Below are positions 30,072-38,595 of a DNA stretch of 54,600 nucleotides, one piece after another. The stretch is from an uncultured Candidatus Saccharibacteria bacterium (lineage in GTDB: Bacteria > Patescibacteriota > Minisyncoccia > Phycocordibacterales > CAIZLB01): contig CAZCNA010000001.1 of assembly GCA_964500215.1 (NCBI GenBank), positions 1-54,600 on the forward strand, in the 5' to 3' direction. The position numbers were made by a program, and so were the translations under genes. Below the pieces are notes generated by a model that had not been told where the DNA came from, did no database searches, and saw nothing but the letters and a program-made list of their open reading frames with translations. How positions within the stretch are numbered: position 1 is the stretch's first letter; every line of letters begins with the position of its first letter.

Positions 30072-30100
30072 ATTATATCATATATATACATAATAGTCAA
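30072..30100 (-). promoter_or_regulatory. Consensus promoter TTGACT-17 nt-TATAAT driving the GC-rich unit
   Basis: Reverse complement: TTGACT (30095-30100), a 17-nt spacer, TATAAT (30072-30077). Confidence 0.6.
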
Positions 30101-30185
30101 TTTGTGGTGTTGTGGGGCTTTGTTGAGCCTCCCCTACACACAGACTTCACCCTAATAGCATCTATCCGCTATCGTTTCGTCAACA

Positions 30186-31118
30186 TTATGAAAATAAACC
30201 GGCGAGAGCTTTTCGAACTTTATATTTGAGTGTTCCGCACTTCTTTGGGCAGAGTGCCTGATTGTTTCTTGTCTCCTGCTCACACGTTTCGCAACAAATA
30301 AATTGATAGTGGCAGATATCATCAGAACAATTTACAAATCGCTCACATGGAATGTGACATCGTATGCATGAACCAACGACTGAACGCTCCTTTGTGGTGT
30401 CCATTGTAATTCGATTATCAAACACATAGAGAGCACCTTCGAAATCTTGGCCTGGAAATTTTTCCATATATGTTGCCATTCCCCCATCGAGTTGATATAC
30501 ATCGGTGAATCCTTTCTTCATCAAATATCCAGAGGCTTTTTCACATCGCACACCGCCGGTACATACGGTCACTACTTTTTTATTTTTGTATGGTTTAAGC
30601 TTTGACACAATCTGAGGAAGTTCACGAAAGTTGCTCATACCAGGATCGATTGAGCCTTTGAAATGTCCAACTTCAAATTCGTATGAATTTCTCATGTCGA
30701 TAATCTGAAAATCTTCACCTTTTTCGTACCATTCTTTGAGTGTCTCTGCGGGAAGATGAACACCTGTGAGTTTGTTTGGATCGACATCATCATCACCGAG
30801 GCGTACAGATACAATTTCAGGGCGCACTTTCACTTTCATTTTGTCGAATGAAGATCCATTGCCTTCGCTCTTTTTGAACACAACATCAGAGAATTGCCCG
30901 AATGTTCCTTCAGAACCATCTTGTCCGTGAAGAACTTTGCAATATGTTTCGATGTCTTTTGTTTTGCCTTCGAGAGTGCCGTTTATTCCTTCATGTGCAA
31001 TGAGCACACGTCCCTTGAGGCCGAGTGTTGAACACAAGTCTTTGTGCCATTTCATAAAACCTTCAGGATCGGCAACGTGTGTGTATTTGTAGTAAAGAAT
31101 AATTGTATATTCTGACAT
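30186..31118 (-). CDS. trhO: Rhodanese-domain protein of the UPF0176/YceA family (tRNA U34 hydroxylase TrhO-like)
   Basis: ILYYKYTHV...RVLIAHEGINGTLEG, rhodanese active-site loop VCTGGVRCEKA, Cys-rich C-terminus. Confidence 0.8.
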   Translation of the reverse strand: MSEYTIILYYKYTHVADPEGFMKWHKDLCSTLGLKGRVLIAHEGINGTLEGKTKDIETYCKVLHGQDGSEGTFGQFSDVVFKKSEGNGSSFDKMKVKVRPEIVSVRLGDDDVDPNKLTGVHLPAETLKEWYEKGEDFQIIDMRNSYEFEVGHFKGSIDPGMSNFRELPQIVSKLKPYKNKKVVTVCTGGVRCEKASGYLMKKGFTDVYQLDGGMATYMEKFPGQDFEGALYVFDNRITMDTTKERSVVGSCIRCHIPCERFVNCSDDICHYQFICCETCEQETRNNQALCPKKCGTLKYKVRKALAGLFS

Positions 31119-31163
31119 AACAATAAATGGATTGAGATTGTATCTAATATATACGTGCTGCGC

Positions 31164-32954
31164 TTACATCTTTGTAGGGACAGAGATGCCGAGAAGCCAC
31201 AGTCCTTTGTGCATAACTGTTTCGAATGCTTTCACTAATCCAATTCTATATGCTGATGCAGCGTCGTCTTTCACAATAATCTGGGTTGATGCATAAAATG
31301 AGTTGAATGTTGCGGCAAGTTCCATACAAAATGTCGCGACAAAATGTGGGGCTTGTTCTGCGTATGCTCGTGCGACAACTTCTGGGAAGCGTGTGAGCAA
31401 TCGTTCGAGTTTGCCTCCTGCCCAGTCGAGTGAACCCGCAGCTGCGATAGTTGGGTTGTCGAGTGATGGAGTAACGCCTTCTTTGTCGGCTTTCTGGAGT
31501 ACGGATGTGGCACGCACTGTTGAATACTGGAGATATGGCCCTGAATCGCCCTCAAATGAGAGTGACTTTTCTGGATCAAAGACAATGTCTTTGCCTGTTG
31601 CCTGTCGGAGTACAGTGTATTTGATTGCAGCTACTGCGACTTGTTGTGCAACTATTTCTTTTTCTGCGGGAGACATTTCGCGTTCAGCCATTTTGAGAAG
31701 GGCCATTTCATTCATATCTGCGAGCAATGATTCACCCGTGATGGCGTCCCCTTTTCGTGAAGACATCTTGCCCGTTGTGAGTCGAAGCATACCGTGAGAA
31801 ATATGTCGCTGTTTTGTTCCGATCTCTGGAAATAAAATGCTTGTTGCTTTAAGCACCACTTTGAAATAATCATCCTGCTCGTTTGCAGTCACTGTGATAC
31901 CACTGTCGTATGGATATGCGGCATATTTCAATTGTGCCAATCCCATTTCCTTTCCTTCGTATGTTGGAAGTCCGAATTTGTTTATGAATACACGAGTGTG
32001 GAGGCCGTATTTTTCACCAGGGAAAATAATAGCGCCATTACTTTCTTCGAATACAGCGAGGCCATGAGGTGCGGTATTTGCTTTTACAATTTCGATACCT
32101 GGAGATGTTGCCTGACTTTCAAAAATATATTGATCGAATGTTGTTCCGAGAATTTTGTATAGTTCTTCGAAGTGTTCGAGACTCCATTCTTTTCCTTTGT
32201 CGTACAATTCGTTTGTTGCAGCATCACTTCGGTCATATATCTTTTTGTTGATTGCTTGTACCTCTTGTTCAATCTTTTTGAATTCTTGTACTTCTGATGA
32301 ATCTTCTGCCTTACCTTCAGCGGCCTGTTCTATTGCATAAAATTTTTGTGCACCTGTTGCATATGCCTTACCAAGAAAATCCACTCTGTCATTGAGTGCC
32401 ATTGATGCGTCAGGAAATGCGGCATCCATGAATCGAAGTCCCCACAATGTGAGAGCCACGTGTCGGCCCACATCACCTTGATAACAAAATCGTCTTACTT
32501 CTGCTCCAGCATATTCGCCGAGGCGAGAAAGAGATTCACCAATAGTATTGGCCATCAAGTGACCGATATGGAATACCTTGAATGGATTTGGGTCAGTATA
32601 TTCGTATGCAATCTTTTTGCCTTTTTGTGATGTCCCCTTTCCGTATGATTCGTGTGTGAGAACTTGTGTTAATTCACTGTTGATAACCTGTGGAGTGACA
32701 TAAAAGTTGATAAAGCCAGGACCAGCAACTTCAATTTTGGAAATGCCCGGGATCTGCTGCGTTTTGAGTTGATCAACGATAGTGAGCGCCAATGTGAGAG
32801 GGTTGGCTTTTTGCTCTTTTGCGCATGCCAAAGCGATGTTCGTCGAATAATCGCCGTTTGTCATTTCGGCAGGTCGGTCGAGGATAATCTGTCTTGCCTC
32901 GATATTGAGTGTGTGGAGAGCCTGCGCAAGTGCAGACTGCAAGGTATCGTTCAT
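31164..32954 (-). CDS. argS: Arginine--tRNA ligase
   Basis: YTDPNPFKVFHIGHL (HIGH), MSSRKG (KMSK-like), and a C-terminal DALR anticodon-binding region ending ...GISVPTKM. Confidence 0.95.
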   Translation of the reverse strand: MNDTLQSALAQALHTLNIEARQIILDRPAEMTNGDYSTNIALACAKEQKANPLTLALTIVDQLKTQQIPGISKIEVAGPGFINFYVTPQVINSELTQVLTHESYGKGTSQKGKKIAYEYTDPNPFKVFHIGHLMANTIGESLSRLGEYAGAEVRRFCYQGDVGRHVALTLWGLRFMDAAFPDASMALNDRVDFLGKAYATGAQKFYAIEQAAEGKAEDSSEVQEFKKIEQEVQAINKKIYDRSDAATNELYDKGKEWSLEHFEELYKILGTTFDQYIFESQATSPGIEIVKANTAPHGLAVFEESNGAIIFPGEKYGLHTRVFINKFGLPTYEGKEMGLAQLKYAAYPYDSGITVTANEQDDYFKVVLKATSILFPEIGTKQRHISHGMLRLTTGKMSSRKGDAITGESLLADMNEMALLKMAEREMSPAEKEIVAQQVAVAAIKYTVLRQATGKDIVFDPEKSLSFEGDSGPYLQYSTVRATSVLQKADKEGVTPSLDNPTIAAAGSLDWAGGKLERLLTRFPEVVARAYAEQAPHFVATFCMELAATFNSFYASTQIIVKDDAASAYRIGLVKAFETVMHKGLWLLGISVPTKM

Positions 32955-33022
32955 GAGGCGATTGTAGCAGAAAAACGGGGTTCCGTCAGCTTATTTCCCT
33001 TCTTTATCCAACAAATATATGT

Positions 33023-33058
33023 AAAAAGGATCGCCCGGCGCGCAAGCGCGCCGGGCGA
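33023..33058 (-). terminator. Terminator of the MazG-like gene (13-bp GC stem plus T-tail)
   Basis: On the minus strand: TCGCCCGGCGCGC-TT-GCGCGCCGGGCGA-TCCTTTTT. Confidence 0.8.
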
Positions 33059-33077
33059 GGTTAAAGTGATGTTGATG

Positions 33078-33800
33078 TTAATTGGTGATCTCCGTCACCG
33101 ACACTGAACGAACTTCCTGACCGCCGATGGGATACGTAATACCACACCGACATGAAGCCAAATGGCAATTGGGGCAGCCATCTTTGAGGGCCTCATCATG
33201 CAAATCAGCGATTCGTATACCGAGTATGTTGGCAACAGCAAATGTGTTGGCAACAACGTCGATACATTCTTCACGGACTTTTTCATAGTCCCTCGGCAAA
33301 TGACTTGCATTGAAGAGTTGGAGGGCCTCGCAGACTTCAGACGGCTCATTCACAAACTGGAGAAAAGCAAAACTGACGTTGTTGTTCGGATAAATCCGCG
33401 CAAACATGTCTTGGAACTCATCCACAGTTTGTACGCGAGCACAGGACGGCGGCAGGACCACCCTCCCTTCTGCCCATTTTTTGCAATTGCCATAATCATG
33501 GGGCACCTTTCCACAGTACGGACAGTGACCAGGAAAGCGGTTCCACACCTCTTCCTGAAGATCAATGTGCATTCTGTTGGCAAGTGCCAAATTCCACGAG
33601 AAAGTCCAAAGCACCAGTGTAGGGATTTGTTGTACCTTCTTCTGATGCCAGTACTTGGCGGCCATGCCGGCGTACCGGTGAGCCTTCATTGCAAAATCCA
33701 GCTTTTCAAGATGGATATCGTTCTGGTATCCATACACCTCTGCATTCCGACGTTGGAGATCACGAAACGTTGATACTGACGCGGACCTACTTATACTCAT
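33078..33800 (-). CDS. Tandem MazG-like (all-alpha NTP pyrophosphohydrolase-like) protein with two Cys knuckle motifs
   Basis: 240 aa from the ATG at 33800 (the track start is a TTG that coincides with a -35-like TTGACA). The second half, VNEPSEVCEALQLF...VREECIDVVANTFAVANILGIRIADL, follows the MazG EExxE...EE..D pattern. The first half is similar but lacks the acidic residues. The halves end in CPYCGKVPHDYGNC and CPNCHLASCRC. Elevated GC (36/60 on line 33421-33480). Confidence 0.5.
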   Translation of the reverse strand: MSISRSASVSTFRDLQRRNAEVYGYQNDIHLEKLDFAMKAHRYAGMAAKYWHQKKVQQIPTLVLWTFSWNLALANRMHIDLQEEVWNRFPGHCPYCGKVPHDYGNCKKWAEGRVVLPPSCARVQTVDEFQDMFARIYPNNNVSFAFLQFVNEPSEVCEALQLFNASHLPRDYEKVREECIDVVANTFAVANILGIRIADLHDEALKDGCPNCHLASCRCGITYPIGGQEVRSVSVTEITN

Positions 33801-33863
33801 ATCTACGACAACAGTAAAACATATATGCTGATATGTCAAACGATTGTCTATGTGACAAAATAG

Positions 33864-33894
33864 AAACAGGCGCCTCCGGAGGAGGCGCCTGTTT
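33864..33894 (-). terminator. Terminator after tmk (14-bp stem)
   Basis: AAACAGGCGCCTCC-GGA-GGAGGCGCCTGTTT, with T-rich sequence following on the minus strand. Confidence 0.75.
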
Positions 33895-33937
33895 GACGAA
33901 AGGATGGATGACCACCGATATTACCGGCAGATACCGA

Positions 33938-34561
33938 CTATTCGGCAATGCATTCACGTAACACGCGACAGAACTCCTCTTTCACTTCATCCAACGGCCT
34001 GTGGGCGTCGATGATGCGACTTGGAACTGTCTTCATAAACTCGAGGTAGCCTTCACGAACACGTTGATGAAACTCGAGTGGTTTCGTATCAAAATGAGTG
34101 ATGTCATCATATTGCTGACCGTTTCTACGAGCAAGCCCAACTTTTGGATCGACATCGAGATAAATATAGAGGTCTGGTTTTACTTCCCCCAAACATTTAT
34201 CACGCATCTGCCAAAAGAGTTCCTTGATATGATGACCTTCTTGACCACAGATCTGATATGTCCACGTAGATGAATCAAACCGATCACAGAGCACATGCTT
34301 TCCTGCTTCGAGAGCTGGAAGAACGATATTTTTCATATGATCGGATCGAGATGCCCACACGAGACAAAACTGGGTAAAAGCGTTGGCTTGCGCACCGCCC
34401 TCTGTCTTGAGCGCCAAGTGTCGAATATCTTCACCAAATGGACTTCCACCTGGCTCACGAGAGAACACGAGTTGTTCACCGTAAATTTCGCGTGCCGCAT
34501 TCAGCATTGTTGTCTTTCCTGTCCCTTCACCACCTTCTATAATGATGAACTTTGTTTTCAT
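33938..34561 (-). CDS. tmk: Thymidylate kinase
   Basis: FIIIEGGEGTGKTT P-loop, SREPGGSPFGEDIR, DRFDSS, 207 aa. Confidence 0.9.
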   Translation of the reverse strand: MKTKFIIIEGGEGTGKTTMLNAAREIYGEQLVFSREPGGSPFGEDIRHLALKTEGGAQANAFTQFCLVWASRSDHMKNIVLPALEAGKHVLCDRFDSSTWTYQICGQEGHHIKELFWQMRDKCLGEVKPDLYIYLDVDPKVGLARRNGQQYDDITHFDTKPLEFHQRVREGYLEFMKTVPSRIIDAHRPLDEVKEEFCRVLRECIAE

Positions 34562-34621
34562 GCCTGTGGAAAGAATATCATCTTTTTCATAAAATTAATA
34601 CATATTATCTTTGAACAATCT

Positions 34622-35005
34622 CTACATTAAGTTGTACTTTTTAAATAAATCTTCTAATACGGCTGCACTCTCTGTCTTATAACCACTCATAAGCTTTTCT
34701 TTTTGTGTATTTAATATGGCAATTTTTTCATATGCATCTGATAATGCAACGAGCATCTCCTGTATACCTCCCACTCCTGTTGAATGTGAAGCCCTAGACA
34801 TCTCTACGTGAATCTCTTCATCAATTTTTTTGATGTCCTCAAAAAGCTTAACCTGTAAATTGAATAAAGCATCCCGAGCTTCCTCTCTTATCTTATCGAT
34901 GAAATGTGCAAGCACATCAACTGAAAGTCCCTCGACCTTACCTCTCATTCTTTTTCCTAATTCGTTTGTAACTTTTGATGAATCCTCTCTTAATATTTTT
35001 TCCAT
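34622..35005 (-). CDS. Hypothetical helical/coiled-coil protein
   Basis: 127 aa, charged and helical. Its start lies 3 nt after the glyA stop, so it is probably co-transcribed with glyA and tmk. Confidence 0.5.
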   Translation of the reverse strand: MEKILREDSSKVTNELGKRMRGKVEGLSVDVLAHFIDKIREEARDALFNLQVKLFEDIKKIDEEIHVEMSRASHSTGVGGIQEMLVALSDAYEKIAILNTQKEKLMSGYKTESAAVLEDLFKKYNLM

Positions 35006-35008
35006 ATG

Positions 35009-36208
35009 TTATGTTCTTAAAATCTGATCAATTTTTTGTGCAATTTTTTTGAAATCTTTTTCTTTCTTACCACGAGTAGTTTCTGCGGCTGAACCTAGAC
35101 GTATTCCTGATGGATCAAAAGCTGATCGAGTCTCACCGGGGATTGTATTTTTGTTCACAATAATGCCTACGCGTTCGAGTCGATCACTGGCTTCTGTACC
35201 ACTGATTCCCTTTCCACTCATCCATGTATCAACGAGCACCATATGTGAATCTGTACCACCAGAAATGATGTGCCAACCCAATGTCTGCAACTCTTTTGCA
35301 AGTGTCGCTGCATTTTTAACTACTTGTTTTGCATAGGCTCGGAATGCAGGAGCTGCGGCTTCTTTGAGAGCAACGGCTACTGCAGCAATCTGATTCATAT
35401 GTGGACCACCCTGAAGACCTGGGAAAATGGCTTTATCAATCAAGTCAGAAATTGACACGGCTGTGCCTTTTGCATTCTTCACCGTGAGTGCTTGCTTTGA
35501 GAAGATAAGCGCACTGCGTGGACCTCGGAGTGTCTTGTGTACTGTTGTTGTAACGACATCTGCGTATTCGAATGGAGATTGATATTGCTTGCCCGCCACA
35601 AGCCCCGCAAAGTGAGACATGTCTACCATGAGGTATGCACCGCATGCATCGGCAATTGCACGAAATTTTTTGAAATCTACAGCACGAGGATATGCTGTGA
35701 ATCCTGCAACGATGAGAGCTGGCTTTTCTTTGAGAGCAATCTTTTTGACTTCGTCATAATCAATGACTTCTGTATCTGCCTGCACACCGAATGGAACTTG
35801 TTCCCACATTTTTCCCGTGATTGAAACTTTTTGTCCATGCGTGAGGTGTCCCCCGTGTGGAAGTGACATACCCATAATTTTTCCACCCTTTGGTACAAGT
35901 GCGAGATATACACCGAGGTTTGCTGGTGAACCAGACAATGCCTGAACATTCACACTCCACACTGATTGTTTGAGTCCAAATAATTTGAGAGCTCTGTCTT
36001 TGCAGAGGTCTTCTATTTTGTCGATGAATGTTTGTCCGCCGTAATATCGTTTGTGAGGATATCCTTCGGCATATTTGTTTGTGAGTTCAGAACCGAGTGC
36101 TTCGAGCACATCTTTTGAGACATAGTTTTCTGAAGCAATGAGGTTGATTACTTTTTTCTGTCGAATCTTTTCTGCGTCGATAAGTTTTTTGATTTGAGTA
36201 TCTTTCAT
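35009..36208 (-). CDS. glyA: Serine hydroxymethyltransferase
   Basis: INLIASENYVS, TNKYAEGYP, VVTTTVHKTLRGPR (PLP lysine). Start taken at the ATG at 36208 (MKDTQIKK...) rather than the extended track ORF. Confidence 0.95.
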   Translation of the reverse strand: MKDTQIKKLIDAEKIRQKKVINLIASENYVSKDVLEALGSELTNKYAEGYPHKRYYGGQTFIDKIEDLCKDRALKLFGLKQSVWSVNVQALSGSPANLGVYLALVPKGGKIMGMSLPHGGHLTHGQKVSITGKMWEQVPFGVQADTEVIDYDEVKKIALKEKPALIVAGFTAYPRAVDFKKFRAIADACGAYLMVDMSHFAGLVAGKQYQSPFEYADVVTTTVHKTLRGPRSALIFSKQALTVKNAKGTAVSISDLIDKAIFPGLQGGPHMNQIAAVAVALKEAAAPAFRAYAKQVVKNAATLAKELQTLGWHIISGGTDSHMVLVDTWMSGKGISGTEASDRLERVGIIVNKNTIPGETRSAFDPSGIRLGSAAETTRGKKEKDFKKIAQKIDQILRT

Positions 36209-36384
36209 TGGAATATATGCATGAATGCGATTAAGAAATGCTAAAAAAATGATGAATAAAAACAGTATAAACTGTCCCAAATGCCCTCTCCAAAGTACTC
36301 AACTTAAATCATATATGTAAAGTATATGACATTTTTGATTTGAGGTATACTAAGGTCACTTACGAAATAACTCATCACAATATT

Positions 36385-37233
36385 ATGAAACAATATCTTG
36401 ACGTTTTGAAGAAAATAATGGAAAAAGGTGTCGACCGAGTCGGCCGAAACGGGACTACACGAGGCCTTTTTGTGGAACAAATGCGGTTTAGTATGAAAGA
36501 TGGCTTTCCTGCCACAACAACCAAGAAATTAGCCTTCAAAACAATGGCTGCTGAGCTCTTTTGGTTCATGTCTGGGTACAATGACAACAACGAACTCATG
36601 CGACTGGGATGCAAGATTTGGGATGCAAATGCCCACGCAGACTATTGGCTTCCCAAGGCAACCTATGATGGCGACCTCGGACGAGTATATGGCGTACAGT
36701 GGAGAGATTGGCGAACACCAGATGGCAAGACCGTAGACCAGCTCAAAGATATTATCGAGCGAATAAAGAAAGACCCTAATGACCGACGTTTGATTGTGAC
36801 AGCCTGGAACCCTGGTGAACTTGACCAGATGGCCCTTCCTCCTTGTCATATGATTTTTCAGTTCTATCCTGCAAATGGGAAACTTTCACTCCATATGTAT
36901 CAGCGATCTTGTGATATGTTTCTCGGCGTACCATTCAATATTGCGTCTTATGCCCTCATGCTCCACATCGTTGCTCAGATGACAAATCTCGAACCTGATG
37001 AACTCATCCTTACTCTCGGTGATGCGCATATTTATCACGATCACTTCGACGCCGTGGCTGAACAGCTTAAGCGAACACCAAAAGAACTTCCAACATTGTG
37101 GCTCAACCCAAATATCAAATCACTCGAAGACCTCGATACAAAAAAGATTGCTGATCAAAAGGCGCTCGATGAATATGTTCGACTCGAAAACTACAATCCA
37201 GAAGATGCCATCAAGGCAAAAATGGCCGTCTAA
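36385..37233 (+). CDS. thyA: Thymidylate synthase (ThyA type)
   Basis: MKQYLDVLKKIMEKG, RLIVTAWNPGELDQMALPPCH (catalytic Cys), YQRSCDMFLGVPFNIASYAL (dUMP-specifying Asn), GDAHIY. The track start at 36340 is a TTG. Confidence 0.95.
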   Translation: MKQYLDVLKKIMEKGVDRVGRNGTTRGLFVEQMRFSMKDGFPATTTKKLAFKTMAAELFWFMSGYNDNNELMRLGCKIWDANAHADYWLPKATYDGDLGRVYGVQWRDWRTPDGKTVDQLKDIIERIKKDPNDRRLIVTAWNPGELDQMALPPCHMIFQFYPANGKLSLHMYQRSCDMFLGVPFNIASYALMLHIVAQMTNLEPDELILTLGDAHIYHDHFDAVAEQLKRTPKELPTLWLNPNIKSLEDLDTKKIADQKALDEYVRLENYNPEDAIKAKMAV

Positions 37234-37244
37234 CTTCCTTACCA

Positions 37245-37766
37245 ATGAATATATTTATTATCGCAGCGCTCACCACTGATGGATTCATTGCAAAGAACGC
37301 ACATCATCCTGCATCATGGACGAGCAAAGCGGACAAACAACGATTTGTCCGACTGACCAAAGAAGCAGGCGTCATGATTATGGGATCAAAAACTTTTAGT
37401 ACATTTCCAAAACCACTCAAAGAACGCCTCAATGTTGTATACACCAGAGATCCTGAAAAGGCTCGTGCATCGCAAGCAGAGCACTATGATAATCTCGAAT
37501 TTACAGCATTGCCTCCTACCGAACTCATCGCATCGCTCGAACAACGAGGCTACACATCCATAGCGATATGCGGTGGAGCCGAGATATATTCGACATTCAT
37601 GGATAGTGGACTTGTGAACAAACTATATCTCACCTACGAACCCCTCCTTTTTGGCGCAGGCGTCACACTATTCAAAAACCCTATGGATGTAGCCCTTGAA
37701 TTGGTGTCTACGGAACACACAGATACAGGGACTATCTTTGCAGAATATAATATTAAAAAAGTATAG
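37245..37766 (+). CDS. Dihydrofolate reductase-like protein (RibD C-terminal domain family)
   Basis: IFIIAALTTDGFIA...VMIMGSKTF...ICGGAEIYSTF. Positioned immediately after thyA. Confidence 0.7.
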   Translation: MNIFIIAALTTDGFIAKNAHHPASWTSKADKQRFVRLTKEAGVMIMGSKTFSTFPKPLKERLNVVYTRDPEKARASQAEHYDNLEFTALPPTELIASLEQRGYTSIAICGGAEIYSTFMDSGLVNKLYLTYEPLLFGAGVTLFKNPMDVALELVSTEHTDTGTIFAEYNIKKV

Positions 37767-37818
37767 TAGACAAAGTCATACCAGCAATTACAATAACAGA
37801 AAACTAACACACATTTAT

Positions 37819-38502
37819 ATGGCGCTTTCAGACCGAAAAATTTTAGAAGAACTCAAAAAAGGTGACATCATTATTACCCCATTCAATCGTGAAAACCTCG
37901 CAACCTCAAGTTACGATGTGACCCTCGGCGAATATTTTTTCCGAGAGCAGCAGCCAAACTACAACCACAGTATCTACAATATCTGGAGCAAAAGTCATAT
38001 GGAGCATGTATGGGGCGCCGACAAAGTAGAGCGAGCAATTACAGCAAAAGAAGCATTTGAGAAATATAATTTTGAATGGGAAGGCATATCGCCAAAAGAT
38101 AGAGTTATTCTTTTACGACCAGGAGAAACTATTCTCGCTCACACAAATGAATTTATTGGCGGAAAAGATCACATTACAACAATGATGAAAGCTCGTTCAT
38201 CTCTTGGCCGCAGTTTCATCGAAGTATGTAAATGTGCTGGTTGGGGAGATGTTGGCTATATCAATCGATGGACAATGGAAATCACAAATAACTCAAAAAA
38301 CTATATCATTCCCCTTGTTGTTGGTCGTCGTATTGCTCAAATAATCTTCTTTGAGACAGGCAAAATTCTCGACAAAGATTACAGTGCATCTGGCAAATAC
38401 AATACATCTAATGATATCAAGATACTAAAAAAGATTTGGAAACCTACCGATATGCTTCCAAAATTATATTCAGACAGAGACGCAAAAAAGAACATAAAAT
38501 AA
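37819..38502 (+). CDS. dcd: dCTP deaminase family protein (possibly the bifunctional dCTP deaminase/dUTPase type)
   Basis: MALSDRKILEELKKGDIIITPF, SSYDVTLG, KARSSLGR, WTMEITNNS (catalytic Glu context), IAQIIFFE. 227 aa from the ATG at 37819. Confidence 0.85.
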   Translation: MALSDRKILEELKKGDIIITPFNRENLATSSYDVTLGEYFFREQQPNYNHSIYNIWSKSHMEHVWGADKVERAITAKEAFEKYNFEWEGISPKDRVILLRPGETILAHTNEFIGGKDHITTMMKARSSLGRSFIEVCKCAGWGDVGYINRWTMEITNNSKNYIIPLVVGRRIAQIIFFETGKILDKDYSASGKYNTSNDIKILKKIWKPTDMLPKLYSDRDAKKNIK

Positions 38503-38525
38503 CTCAAAACTACTTTATGAAAAAC

Positions 38526-38552
38526 GGGCGGGCGTTTAAAAAACGCCCGCCC
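38526..38552. terminator. Bidirectional terminator between dcd and the NDT-like gene
   Basis: GGGCGGGCGTTT-AAA-AAACGCCCGCCC, a 12-bp stem. Confidence 0.8.
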
Positions 38553-38595
38553 TTCTGTTTCAAGTCCTTGAGATATTTCTCCAGTCCTATTGATG

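Noticed and set aside
29484-30100. T-box riboswitch, tmRNA or RNase P RNA as the identity of the GC-rich unit upstream of ileS
   Set aside because: I looked for the T-box consensus (AANNNGGGTGGNACCGCG) and found only a loose ACGGTGGCTTGACCCGC. There is no GGAAAGTCC (RNase P P4), no tRNA-like acceptor/T-arm 3' end and no tag ORF (tmRNA). A non-T-box leader role remains possible.
29702-30229. 175-aa plus-strand ORF spanning the GC-rich island and running into the trhO 3' end, plus 29547..29858 (-) and 29656..29961 (+)
   Set aside because: Open frames on several strands are expected in 60-70% GC DNA. This ORF crosses a minus-strand promoter and overlaps trhO, and its sequence is Arg/Ala/Gly-biased. 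Only the 29684..29998 (-) frame was kept, as a weak candidate.
33162-33773. 203-aa plus-strand ORF antisense to the MazG-like gene
   Set aside because: The minus-strand frame has recognisable family motifs, a promoter and a terminator. The plus-strand product has no motifs or expression signals.
36340-36384. N-terminal extensions in the ORF track that begin at TTG/GTG (thyA 36340, glyQS 23152, M16 peptidase 21664, MazG-like 33839, PerM 20373, DUF3298 49249) or at an upstream ATG (glyA 36280, dcd 37696)
   Set aside because: Family alignments from memory place the conserved N-termini at downstream ATGs. In one case the TTG is part of a -35 box.
36385-37233. thyA as a phage-type dUMP/dCMP hydroxymethylase in a DNA-hypermodification cluster (with MazG, kinase, dcd, NDT-like)
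   Set aside because: The protein is collinear with canonical ThyA, including the PPCH catalytic Cys and the dUMP-specifying Asn in PFNIASY. A DHFR-like gene follows directly. No glycosyl/amino-transferase or phage genes are nearby. An ordinary dTMP pathway is the simpler reading.
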